Positions 50,805-63,317 of a DNA stretch of 64,000 nucleotides are shown in pieces; the first letter of the stretch is position 1, and each line of letters begins with the position of its first letter. This DNA is from Raja brachyura. Lineage: Eukaryota. The notes below the pieces were generated by a model. It saw nothing but the letters and a program-made list of their open reading frames with translations. It did no database searches and was not told where the DNA came from. Position numbers and translations under genes: made by a program. The stretch is from NCBI GenBank assembly GCA_963514005.1, contig OY740797.1, forward strand, positions 12,462,001 to 12,526,000. The letters run 5' to 3'.

Positions 50805-50980
50805 AGATGTCGACGCTATGACAGTATCGAGGCAGCCCAGTAAAATGACGCTAACAATCACCCATGATGTACTACGCTTTTTTTCGCCGAATGTCGTATC
50901 TTGCTCCGCTCTATGATCTTTGGGTTGGATTAGAGTATTAATGTAGGAGTGATGACAAAATAACTGGCCTTTAGGGTAAG

Positions 50981-51170
50981 GGCACAAAGTGCTGGAGTAA
51001 CTCAGCTGGTCAGGCAGCATTCTGGAGAATGTAGATAGGTGATGTTTTGGGAAGGGATCCTTCTTCAGACCCAAAATGTCACCTATCCATGTTCTCCAGA
51101 GATGCTGCCTGACCTGCAAAGTTACTCTGGCACTTTGTCCATTGTCTATTAACCAGCATCTGTTGTTCTT
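50981..51170. mobile_element. Fold-back pair of Penelope-derived short repeats
   Basis: caaagtgctggagtaa..ggtcaggcagcattctggagaatgtagataggtgatgttttggg pairs with cccaaaatgtcacctatccatgttctccagagatgctgcctgacc..gttactctggcactttg. Confidence 0.8.
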
Positions 51171-53384
51171 TGTTTCGAACCATTTGGGGAAAATTAGCTG
51201 GAGATGGGAGTACTTTTGAGAATAAGGTGTTGGATTTTCAGCAAGGGGTTCAGGGCATTGAAGTAGGCCAAACTGTTTGGCTGGTCTTGAGACATTGGCT
51301 GGGAAGAGGCAAGGATTTGGCATTAATTATACAGGTGCTTTGGCTTCAGCCTTCGAAACTGAAGGCTTTGTGACTCTGCCCGTGCACAGGCTAAGCAGGG
51401 TGACCACATGCCGGTAGTTGAGACGAGTGCTGCCCGAATGTGGAAGCAGAACACCATCTATTGCCAAATGAATGCCATGGAAGAACAGTAATTGTTGAAG
51501 ATGCCATTGGCTGCTTAATAGTCAAAACAAGTGACCAGTCCCAATTGATTGGCGTTGGAGGAAGAAGTAATTGTCAAATCTGCATGAGATTGAGGATTTT
51601 TCCAATATGCCATTTGAAATGTTTGCGCCATTTAAGTAATTTAGGAATTTTAAGTAACGTTATGGGCGTAGAGTTGGCAAGGAAGATCGTCTAACACGGG
51701 TGATTTCATTGTCATTGCAAGTATTTGGAAATTAAAATTAGTCAGCCTAAAGTTTTAGAAATGTGTGTAAATGCATTGAACTAGTGTGAATTGACTCTTT
51801 CAATCCTCTGATTCATTCATGTTGTATTCACTGAAATGGAATTTGACTAATCTGGGGCTGCTGGACTACTGACGTTTCCCATGCACCTTTTAACCTCCGG
51901 TATTCTCAGCATGAAGATGCTCTGCTGTGGCTTTTAAAATCTGGTTTAAAAATAAAAAAATAAAAATAAAATGTTTCTTGTGGCTTCACCGCAAGTGCCC
52001 CGTCATGACCAGAGCATGAGATTCTTGAAGCAAGTTATAAAATTGTGAAATAGCTGTACTGAGAATCCAGTTTATATGGGAGTGTAAGTTTTGAAATGCC
52101 TTCGCCAGTAGTGCAGCAGCTTGTGACCTGGTATCTAAGCAACTGTATCTAAATTTCACTATAACCTTGTGTTGTAACCTATCTACAGAATTGAGTTTGC
52201 TGGTGCAAAACAAAAAGGCAAGAATCTTTTGGGGGTGTGGGTAAATTGCTGGCTGTTTGCAAAGCAACGCCTGTACAACTTGTGTAGCTGTACGAGGACT
52301 TGAGTTTATCATTGCCGTACTTTAAAAACTAAAATTTAACACAACACTTTGATGCAAGGCTTCTTGATCGTGAATAAATACCATTTTAGAACAATATCGG
52401 GGCTTTTTATGTTTAACTTTAATTGACTACTTGAGAAGCTCAAGATGCTGGAGCCCCCTTCAGTAGCCATGACAATGTACAAGTTTAAATCGCATGAAAA
52501 ATTCTTCCACGAGTCCTTTTATAGCTAACTAGAATCTTAATGCATGAAATTCAGCCTTGGCTACCAAATTAAATTTTAACCAAGAGCATTTTTTTAAGAA
52601 TCTAAAATAACATTAAGTTTGAATTTGGTGTCGGCTCATGGATTTGAGCTCCATTTGAAGACCTTTTGAATTTAACAGATGTTTCGGTGGTTTCATGCTT
52701 ATGTATAACCTTCAGGACTCTATTGGGAGATCTAAATCCCTATCTTATCAATGTCCTGAATAATACTTCTCTCAGTTGCAATATACAAATGGATTACAAT
52801 ATTTCTAACAAAAGTAATTTATTGTCTGTGACATAATGTTTGAGAACAAGCTAAGTAGACATTTTAGAAGGGAGCCACAATTAGATATTCTGGGATGTTA
52901 CAAATTGTGCACTTTGCTTTGCGACTTGGATTTAAAGTGGCAAGTTTAAACTTGAGTGGAATTAGCACTTTACATTAATCATTGACCATAAGAATCTGAA
53001 ATCAGATCCCAAATTCTCAAAGCTCAAGGTTATTTTTAAGTATGATCTGATGTTAAAATAGATTCTTAATGGTTAAACCATATCTCCAAAGCTCCATTGT
53101 ACTGGTCTGTATGCAAATGCTAGTCAGTATTGATTTCCATTCTTGTCCCTTGACATAAACAATTTGCACTTGAACATGCAGCACTTGAAGAGAAATGTTC
53201 CTGTCGAGTGTTTCCAAACAATGTAATGCAGAGCCAAACATATTGAGGGATATGCTCATTGTTGTAGATTATTATGATTGTGAGCTAGAGGCAGTGGTTT
53301 GGAAAGAAACCTAGACCTTTACCATATGCACCAAACGCTGAGGATTATGTGTGCAAAATGAGGACTAGAGGACCAATGCCCATT

Positions 53385-54535
53385 GCTGTTTGTGGTTTAT
53401 ATCAGTGATGTAAATGAGTGTGCAAGCATGATTAGTAAATGTGCAGTTGACACTGAAGTAGGTGGTATCATAGACGGTCAAAAGGATTAACAAAAATTCC
53501 AGCAGTATCTTGATCAGCTGGGCAAGTGGGCTGAAGAATGGCTCGTGCAGTTTAATGGAGATAAGTGAAAGGTAACAATTTTGGGCAGGATCTTCACAGT
53601 GAATGGTAGACCCTCGACAGTTATAGGGCAGTGGGGAGCTTGGAGTACAGGTGTTCAGGTCCCTGAAAAGAGAGAAGAATAATGCTGTTGCATTAATTGG
53701 TTGTTTTGATTACAACTGAACGAAGAAAAGTAGAAGAACGTATTTCAACCACTCAACACACAATGAAAAGGATACTGATTTCACTTTGGCGTGTCATACC
53801 AGGGCAGGATTTGTGCAGTAAATGGTAGAGTTCTGGCGAGGGCGGCATGTCTGAGAGCTAGCGGTATGAGTGCGTGGTTCCATAAAAGTGGTGAGTCAAG
53901 CGGACAGTGCAGTGATGGCAGCATTTGGCGCACTTGCCTTCATTGGGAAGGATATAGAGTACAAATGTTGGGACATCAGGATGCAGCTGTACACGTCATT
54001 GGTGAGACCACACTTGTTAGTGAATATCAAACGCAGTAATGGTTGCTCAACCCATATCATTAATTCGGAAAGGGTTCCGTAGAGATTTACTGGGATGTTA
54101 CCTGGGCTTGCGAGGTTCAGTTATAGGGAGAGGTTGGATAAGCTGGGACTTTATTCTCTGGAGCCTATGGGGTGACCTTGTTAAGGTATACAAATTCAAG
54201 AGGGGCATGGTTAAAGTGAACACGGTTTTTTTTTCCCCAAGGTAGAGGTTTTTAAAGCCAAGCCAAAGGGCATAGCGTGAGGGGCGAGATTGAAGAGGGA
54301 CCTCAGGGAAACTTTTCACTTGGAGGACATCTGTATCAGAATGAACTGCTAGAGGAAGTTATAGAAGTGGATGCAATTATAGTTTATTAGAAGCATTTGG
54401 GCAGATATATGGATAGGAAGAGTTTGGAGGGCTATGGACCAAATTCCAGCAAATGGAACCAGCCCTGTATACCAACTTGATTAGCATAATAACAGATTGA
54501 AGGACCTGTTTCCTTGCTGTATAACTATAAGACTC
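53385..54535 (+). mobile_element. CR1 LINE 3' region (rearranged or composite)
   Basis: gatcagctgggcaagtgggctgaagaatgg, AFGALAFIGKDIEYKCWD..MQLYTSLVRPHL, ggtgaccttgttaaggtatacaaa, plus the 3'UTR. Confidence 0.85.
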
Positions 54536-55837
54536 TGTTTACTGAGAAGGGGAAAATTCCTTCCTCGTGATTACTAATACACACGCAGGGACATTGTGAT
54601 TTTAGAATGCTGTCTCTCTTTGATGTTTTAAAGGCAATTAAGGGTCGCATTTGTGATCCATTATTTTATTTAAAAATAAAGCGGCTAGCAGATGGAGTTG
54701 GTTATTACTTGGCTCATTGATGCCGCAGTTGCTTGTTCTTCAGCAAAGGCCGACAAGCTAAATGTGAATTCTAGTAGTAAATTACTAGATTGTATGAAAG
54801 ATCTATAGATGCTGCTGTTTGAAAGGGAATATTGAGCTTGCATACTAATAATGTTAGCTGCTATCATTTGGTATGATATGAATCTTGAGAATTTTGGTCA
54901 CCATTACATGGCTTGGATGAGGTTACTGTCTTGTATGAGTGCCCAATATCTACTGTTCAGTTATCTTGCTACAGTATGCTACATTTCAGACTGTAATCAC
55001 AGCTACTGCAAATCTGTTGGAAAAGGCTGTTTTGCACTCGTATAATATTTGCAGTCAAGAGTATTATTGTCATGTGTCCCAGATAGAACAATGGAATTCT
55101 TACTTGCAGCAAAACACAACAGAATATGTAAACATAATACACTGTAAACAATATAATGGACGAGGGAAAAAAGTGTTAAGAGAACAGCCACGAAGCACTC
55201 TTTTCTACGTTAAAACAAATGTCTTTTGGGTACAACTCCAAGTCATTAAAAACCTATTGAAACATACCAAAATAGCCTGCTTTCATATGGAAGTCTAGAC
55301 TGTGGGAATTTGGTTGAACTTTGATTAGAGGTGGCAGTTGAATGTAGCCCAAATGCTGCATTTTCTGTTAAAGAACTTCTGTCCCAAGAGTCCTGACTCG
55401 ATGTTGTCTGTCCATTCCTGCACAAATGAGTTCCTCTGACACTTTGCGTCTTGTTCATGTTTCCAACATCTGTAGTTCCTGCTACTGCTGGAATTGCTCA
55501 GTTTATGACCGATCTAGGGTGATGCCTGGCAGCAGGGAGGATAGCCAATATTTTTCGGGATTTAAAAAGCATACTGGGTGTACCATGCAGTATAAACCTA
55601 TGAGCAGCCCCACGCTGGACCTGAGCTTGATCAATGGGGGATTAAGACAAGTATCAATTCCCTTTTATTGCATGTGGACATTGACATCCTGCTAACTGTC
55701 CTGGTTGATATCAATTATTTTGGGTCATTAGTCCAGAACACTAACATTTGCAGTATACACCCCTCTGGAATCTGCATTGGGATTTGGCGGAGGTTTTGTT
55801 GGGATGTGGGGGAGGGGGAAACAGCAGCTCTGCCCAA

Positions 55838-56280
55838 GTCCCCAAGAAATTGCAGAGAATTGTATATGTAGCCGGGTCCATCACACCGACCAGACTCCCC
55901 ACCACTGACTTTATGCTGCCTTGAAGAAGCAGCCAACATAATCAAAGACTTGTCCCCGCCACAGTCATCCCTTCTTCCTGCTCCTCTCTGGAAGATGATG
56001 AAGAAGCTTGAAGGCTCTGGAACAGCTCCTTCCCCTCTGTTATCAGGCTTCTGAACAATCCATTCATAAGCGAAGATGCTGTCCGATTCTCCTCTTGCCT
56101 ATTGAGCTTTGGGCTTTATGTGAAACTGATGCGCTACCATGCTGAGAACTATATTCTGCACTTTGTCTCTTTCCCTTTACTTTTTCTATTGCACTTCAGT
56201 TTGTCTGTATTTATGGGTAGTATATGATTGGATAACATGCAAAACAAAGCTTTTTTTGCTGTACCTCGGTACACAATAAT
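55838..56280 (+). mobile_element. Rex1/Babar-type LINE 3' end
   Basis: aagaaattgcagagaattgt...gcagccaacataatcaaagac...aacagctccttcccctctgttatcaggcttctgaac; same family as 10515-10862. Confidence 0.75.
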
Positions 56281-57379
56281 ATACCTAGTCTAGTGAGCTT
56301 GAGCTTTATCCACCCAAATCAATTGCATCTCTCAATTTCAATATGGACAAGTAACCATCTGTAAGTAAAAACAATATTGAACAATGCAGTCTTTGGCTAA
56401 CCTTTGTTCAGTAATGCATGCTTTCAAGAGACCTTGTTCAACTACCCATTTGAAACAGTTGAGAGGCAATGGAATGATGCCCAAATGTTGGGTTGTCTTG
56501 TTCATGATGCCAGGCAACTGTTGCCAAAAGGAGAAATGCCCAGCCAAATAAAGCTCGAGGGAGAAGGCTAGCTATTGCTGGAGCTACAGTGGATACCTTC
56601 AGCAAAATAGACTTGGAACATTACCAAGTGTAATATACCAGTCACAAGATGTTGTTTGTAGCATTTGGCCGGGGATGTTTCAGTGTTGTGACGAAAATGG
56701 AAGCTCTGGAAGGATTTAATGGAATATTTTGGGACAGATGGACACTGTTGGGAGGTGAACATCTGAAGTTCCTGCTGTTTAAAGATGGGTTAGGAAATGA
56801 AAAGGATAATTTAGTTTTTTTTTGTTAAGGGACTCTTTTTACAGAATGTATCATTCCTGTTTCAGCATGATTGAATTTGAACAAACAACTATGTACTGTA
56901 CAAAGCCATAACCAAATATACCAGATGCTGAATCTGAATTTAGCAAGTTGGGTAGATACTGAGGAGAAAAGCCCAAGTGGGCTTGTTTCCCACAGGTTTC
57001 GGATGGAACGAGAGAACAATTGTTTCAAGCCAAATATCACAGAGCTACTGTACATGGCTTTCCCTGAACTTTCGGATGCTTTACCATTAGCGTTACATTA
57101 TTCTTGATTTGTTTTTGGCAGAGCCTGCTTCTGGCTTTGGTGCGTGGTTAAAACATTAGAAATCACCAGGTAAACAAACCAGCATCTGCAGTTCTTTCCT
57201 ACACATTAGAAACCACCAGTTGGACAGAGCAAAGTGCAAACTTCCATCTTTCTGGATTCTAAATGAAACAATTTGACAAAATCCTTCAGGAAAATGCTTC
57301 CTGGCTGCCTTCAGTTTTTCATCTACCTTAGAACTCAGCAGTTATGGAAACCAAGGGATGTCAAGTCATATAGGCCTAT

Positions 57380-57573
57380 CTTTCTCTCTACATCCCCTCT
57401 CCCTTCTCAGTTCTCCCGCTAGTCCTACTGTCTCCAACTACGTTTTATCTTTGTCCCGCCCACTCCCCTGACATCAGTCTGAAGAAAGGTCTCAACTTGA
57501 AATGTCGCCGATTCCTTCTCTCCAGAAATGCTGCCTGTCCAACTGAATGAGTCAAGCGTTTTGTGTCTATCTT
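57380..57573 (+). mobile_element. Penelope-derived 3' repeat
   Basis: ctcccctgacatcagtctgaagaaaggtctcaacttgaaatgtcgccgattccttctctccagaaatgctgcctgtcc. Confidence 0.75.
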
Positions 57574-59237
57574 CTGCCTAAAAGACTAGTCTGTGGGGCC
57601 ATTCTTTGGATAGTGAACCAAAATGTCTCACACAGATGGCATTACATAAAGTTATAAAATTCTTGTAAGAGATTAATCTTATTCATTGCTATTTTCCTAC
57701 CTACAGACCTATAATGTATGTCTGCTAAAGACATCAACATTTAGCTTTTTAAAATTCAGTTTGTAAGATAAAACTAAGTTATGAAAAAAATGCTTCCATG
57801 TGAGGTCACACACGTGACCAGTCATATTTGACCTCTGACCTTAAACAAACATTGTCAGCATAACCTAAACATTTCACTTGATAAACTTTAAAAAAGAAAT
57901 ATGGATCATATATACAGTACAAAACAATATACCTGTAATGCTTTTAGAATTAGAAGAGATGTATTCCACAATTTTTCATATCTTTGGTCACACACGTGAC
58001 TAAGAATGGGCCTATCATAGAAATCAAGTCGGGTCAGTGTATTTGTTTGTAAACTATTGGCCAAATAGTGTATACAGCGGTTTAAATGGTTGCCACTCAG
58101 TTCAGTTTGCATTTAAGGATGCCTGAAATAATGTACTTTTAAATGTGATTGCCATTTTACACAATATAGGGAGTAATCTTTCTACAGCGCATTGGCAAGT
58201 TTAGATTTGATCGTCAGTTAATGTAATCCATCATACAACCGTGACTATTGCTGTAAGCGAAATGCAAAAATTCTGTTCCAATGTGATGTTTGGAATGAGA
58301 GCTGGAAATGGAGCACCTTGAATCTGCAACATAGGGCAAGCACAAGTATTGTAAGCATACTGCATCCTAGTGACAGATCCACTGATACATATTCTGCCCC
58401 ATTTGTGGCAGTCTGTGGATCCTGCATGGAATCCTGCAGTGCCCACACAACTGGAGTGGAAGGAAGTTCACCTCCACCTGAAGGAACAGCCAAATGAAAC
58501 TTTCTCAATCAATATCAGCACTATGTTGTCACGTTGTTTGCAAGATACCATTGAAAGCAAAATATTTACATTTGTGACTAAATTTAAACTGCATGTTTGT
58601 TTGCTTTGATAACGTGGGTTTTGAAGAGATCTGTTTGTCTTGCCTTGTAAATTTTTTTTAATTTGGACTAAATGTTAAAATTTCCTTTTTTGAACAATTG
58701 AATGAGCATCTTTAAGGGACTGTGGATACAGGTGATGGCAAGCTTCCTGGTCTGAAGTTACCAGCTTGTCTTAAACTCTAAACAAGAATGAAGATATAAC
58801 CTTGTTTAAATACACAAAAAACCTACCTGCTGAAGTTATAACAATGATCACATTTGTATTCTGGGCAAGTCTGTGGTTTATACTAGAACTTGTCAAGACA
58901 GGTTCTCATCTAGGTACCATGCCAAAATTATTCACGGGTGAATGGGGGGAAAAATGGATTTTAAAGTGTTGAATTGTCTCCTAAATGAACAGCTGATAAC
59001 TGAATTTGTCCAAACTAGGTAGTTGATTCTTTACCCATTTCAAAACTTGGACAGAATCACTGTTGATCAAATGTAGCTCAAGCAGCACATTTTCCAGTCT
59101 GGGCAAAACCTTGTTATTTTGTCCCAGCGATTAATTTTCAGTCACTTGCTATCTTGTCTGACCAACGAGTAGATTTGTTTCTTTCATGTCCCTGAAGTCT
59201 GCATTAATTTTGCTGTGTTCATTAGTTCAAAACTAAT

Positions 59238-59517
59238 TTTAGTTTAGTTTAGAGATACAACGCGGAAACCCTTCAGCCCACCGGGTCTGCCCCGACCAGC
59301 GATCCCTGCACATTAACACACACTAGGGACAATTTTTACATTTACCAAGCCAATTTACCTACATGTACGTCTTTGGAGTGTGGGAGGAAACCGAAAGTCT
59401 CGGAGAAAACCCACGTAGGCTACAGGGAGACCGTACAAACTCCGTACAGACAGCACCTGTAGTCGGGATCAAACCCGGGTCTCCGGCGCTGCAAGCAACT
59501 CTACCGCTGTGCCACAA
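59238..59517 (-). mobile_element. Young HE1-like tRNA-derived SINE with (TTTAG)n tail
   Basis: High similarity to 42125-42381 (cgaccagcgatccctgca.attaacac...gtacgtctttggagtgtgg.aggaaaccga...caactctaccgctg.gccac). Confidence 0.85.
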
Positions 59518-60839
59518 TACAATACAATACCGTTTATTGTCATTTGAGCCTCATTGAGGTTCAAACGAAATTTAGAACCGGTGCAGCCCCAGGATTTCGA
59601 GAAATACTGTATTGCTATATTATTTAATTCAAATGTTTTTTGCTGCCAACTTTATTATCCAAACTGCTCTGCCTGTTTGCAATGCCCTTTTTGTTCATGG
59701 AAAATGGATTTAACCAACTAGGCTAACATTTTGTCCTTGATAGCCCTTGACTCGCTACAATCAGTAATACAATGCACGCTATTATATTATTTAGAGTGGA
59801 ATGTGTTAGTGGCTCCAGGTATCTCCTGCCCTTGTCCTTTGTGAGGTTGAATTTGGGAAGAGCTACCAGCAAGCTTGCTGAGGTGGAAGTGTAATGTGTA
59901 ATAGATAGAGAATGCCTAGAGTGGTAGAGGGGATGCCAATTACTGTAATTTATTCTGGATGACGTGGAGCTGCCCTCTATCCAATTAGGATGTATAACTC
60001 GTGACCTTTTACAGCAAAGGATTAGAAGAACAAATCAGCAGAACACTCGGCCTCTGACCTGCTTTTGGTGCTATAGTTTGGGGGCTAATCTCAATGAAGC
60101 AACCCCCGACTTTTCTTTTAAATCCTCTGTTATTTTGTTTTCACACCAGACCTGGCTTCAGTTTTGGTAAATGCTGCCCACAAGTTTTTGCAAACTTATA
60201 AATTCATTGGGAAAGTCTTGCGGAAATCTTTCTGGTCAGTCTTGTGCTAATTACAAAGACTGGAAACTACATTTGAACGTTGCCTTTTTAGCCCCATGAA
60301 AACATTTCGAACAATTCAGTGCTCATTTTCAGTGTGTTGCCCCCCCCCCCCCCCCCCGTGTGTTTCCATAACCTGTTAAATCAGTGGGCAGTGGTGTAAA
60401 CAGCACAGGGATGAGGGCAGATTTTGAAAACCTTCAAAATGAAATTACCAAATTAAGTTGGTATTGGTTATAATTGTTCTTGACATGTTCCTTTTATAAA
60501 CATGTTAACATACAGTTGATGTGAATCTTCCCTGATGTTCAATCCACAAGTGCTGTTTACAGATCACTATATATACTTGTCTAATACTAATTAAAAAAAA
60601 ACATGATAAAAGTACAATCTAAATGCTTGTGTTTATGAATGCTGCATCTATCTGAACTGTTTCCAGCTAGATTCCTATTTCAGATCATTAACTACGGAGA
60701 AGGGGATCTGATTAAGTGGATTGATTTTGAATGTACTGTACATCTGCTAAGAGTCGTATCAATCCAATAGTTCCATAGGAGTGTCACGTTCAGCAGGAAC
60801 TTTTATCGGGTTATCTATTACAAAATATCCTCTTTATAA

Positions 60840-60942
60840 TCTCGTGTGCTGTCTCCCCGACGCAAATTACGTCACGCATGTACTCACCGCAAACTCCGCT
60901 TCCGTTTGGTCGCGCCAAATGCATGCAAGTGGGACAGGCCCT
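60840..60942. mobile_element. Harbinger-like MITE fragment (one terminus)
   Basis: CpG-rich patch ending gtgggacaggccct|tta, similar to the gtgggacagggct|tta end of the 21623-21952 MITE; left TIR absent. Confidence 0.55.
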
Positions 60943-61299
60943 TTAGTCCCTAAATTACAAGTTCTTCCTCTGTGATGGTTTCTTTGAAAGGACTGTTGCA
61001 AATACAGTCCTCTTGACATTGAATTGTAAGTCTATGAAATAAAACTAGCTTGCAGGAAGTATAACTGTTAAACTTGAGATTGGCATGCAATGGTGCATGT
61101 TTTGCAAGAGCAACTGAGACTACATACTAGGAAGCAAAGCAATTGGTCATGTTATGACAGATAAATGAGCGCAAAACCACCACAGAAATTAGGGTTTTTT
61201 TCTACAACTGTTAATTTTTCCATTTATAACATTTAAAAAGCATGCCTACAAAGTCTCATTAGAACATACTTGATAGTTAAAAAAACATCAATGGAATCA

Positions 61300-61475
61300 A
61301 TGGGTCTGGCAGCATCTCTGGAGAACATGGACAGGTGACTTTTCGGGTTTGACTGAAGGGTCCCAACCTGAAACATCACCTATCCATGTCCACTAGAAAT
61401 GCTGTGTGACCCAATAAGTTACTCCAGCACCTTTAATCTCTTTTTGGAAACCATCATCTGCTATTCCTTTGTGTC
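61300..61475. mobile_element. Fold-back pair of Penelope-derived short repeats
   Basis: ctggagaacatggacaggtgac ... catcacctatccatgtccactag inverted arms around ctgaagggtcccaacctgaaac. Confidence 0.7.
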
Positions 61476-62871
61476 TCCATACTTGATAGGTAAACCTGGC
61501 AGCAGGAAGCAATTTAAAGTAACCTGAAGTCTTGGCTAGATCCCAAATGCCAATCTGCATTGCAACCTGCCAAGAAATTGCAGTTTGAATATAACCTGAA
61601 TGGGAACATATTTTCCGCATCATTGCTATTAGCAAATTGCAATTAACAAGATTAGTAATAGCTTTGTTCTCCTGTGAGCAATTTCTGGTTCCTTGCACGT
61701 AAGCAATTACGTGCATTTGTATATTGTCTTTCTCATCCATCACTGGGTTGCACCAAATTGCACCGAGACTTCTTGAGCCAGTGAAGCACTTTTGATGGCT
61801 GATCATTTATAATACTGGAACTATGGCAGCCAAATCGAGCAATGAGACTGCAAGCAATGACAGGGGACATGGCGATGAGATGTGTTTTTTAATAATGCCT
61901 GCAAAGAAGACACCTGTGCTCACCACCTTGCTTTTATTAATGTCATAGCTTTTTATAATCCATCTGAGAGTGCATTTAGTCTCTGTTTAATGACTCTTCC
62001 AGAAGATGGCACCAATCACACTAAAGATTTTAAAAGTAGGAACAGGTTGATCTTAATAATCACTTACCCGCACTAATCCCACAATCTTTTGATTCTCTTC
62101 AAGATTTATAATTGTGAATATGCCGCAGTTCTCTTGCATAAAGAATACCAAAGATTCACTACCTCTTAAAGAAGAAATGTATTCTCCTGAATGGCTAGTC
62201 TTTTATATTGGGACTGGGACCTCTGTCTGTGCAACCTACTTCCTCCATCTCAAGCTTAGATTTGTTTTTTGTGATTTACTGTCTGGAGTAGGACTTTAGA
62301 AACTACAGCAGTGAAAGGCGAAACTGTTGATCCTGATAATTTGCAAAAAAAAAATCAAAGTTCTTGGAACTTTCTAAAAACAAAATTTATGTACTAGAAT
62401 CCAAATGCCTGTAATATATGAACAGAACTAAGTGTATCAGTTTGCACTTATCTAATTATTACCCAGTCTGTTTTTCTATTGTGCTAATTCCCTTATGGGA
62501 AGCAGCATCTGATACTGCCAGAAAATGTGTTGTCTCCTACTATCTGTGAAAACTGAATCCTATCGAGTTAGTGTTGCTGCACTAGAAAAGTGTGCCATCA
62601 ACTATTAGAGAGATACAAGACTGCAGATACTGGAAGAAAACAAAGGCAATGACATGACAATAAAGGCAATTCAATTCAATTCAAAGGACTGGAGGGCATC
62701 TGTGGAGGGAATGGTAGACAACATTTGGGTCCAGCTGAAATGTGTCTGTCCATTTTCCTCTAAGGATGTCACCTGACCCAGAGTTCACGTGGCAACTTCA
62801 ATTCCTTTGAAATTAACAACAGGAGTTTTAAACAAGTATTTTTTTCCAACTGTAACTTCCATCTTTTATGG

Positions 62872-63317
62872 GAGGGGTCGGCATAGAGGCCAGGTGGCAT
62901 GTCTGAGCGGATGGTGGGCCACATCTATCACGTGTTCACATAGATCCCGCCCCCATCCGGCCCCGGCTGGCAGGCATCAAATCACATGTTCACATAGATC
63001 CCGCCCCTTCGAGGACGCAACCCGGAGCATTGGCCCAAAGTTACCGGTGCTCACGAACATGGCATACCTACAGTCCATTGCCTTGGCTCTCCTGAAGGCG
63101 GTGGCTCAAATACTCACACTCTCTCGTCCCCAGCCTATTGACAACCCTGATCCCGATAGTGAAGCCCAGACACAGAAGCTGCGCGGCCGTGCTGGCGGCT
63201 TTGCACAGGATGCAGTACAGCCAGAGCTCTGCCCCGTTCGGGCGGATGACTACGAATAAAAAAAATACGCCTGCAGGACGGATAATTTCGGCCCGCGGGC
63301 CATATGTTGCCGACCTG
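62872..63317. mobile_element. hAT (Charlie-like) MITE, 446 bp
   Basis: Perfect 8-bp TSD TTTTATGG at 62864-62871 and 63318-63325; termini gAGGGGTCGGCA / GTTGCCGACCTG; subterminal GGCCCGCGGGCC; internal 27-bp direct repeat atcac.tgttcacatagatcccgcccc (~62927 and ~62981). Confidence 0.85.

Larger units (their letters stand above)
47664..50922 (-). mobile_element. P-element/THAP9-like DNA transposon, internally deleted and non-autonomous (3259 bp)
   Basis: 25-bp TIRs CAAAGGTCATAGAGCGGTGCAAGAT (47664-47688) and the reverse complement of 50898-50922 (CAAAGATCATAGAGCGGAGCAAGAT), 23/25 identical. 8-bp TSD GGTTGGAC (47656-47663) / GGTTGGAT (50923-50930). Internal spliced THAP remnant. Confidence 0.85.

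Noticed and set aside
50673-51323. 216-aa ORF as a real gene
   Set aside because: It crosses a Penelope fold-back and the transposon TIR; only the ~29-codon THAP exon near its end is meaningful.
55668-55760. VDIDILL peptide resembling the Par6 IIDVDILP motif
   Set aside because: No flanking CRIB/PDZ similarity and no suitable acceptor; a chance match.
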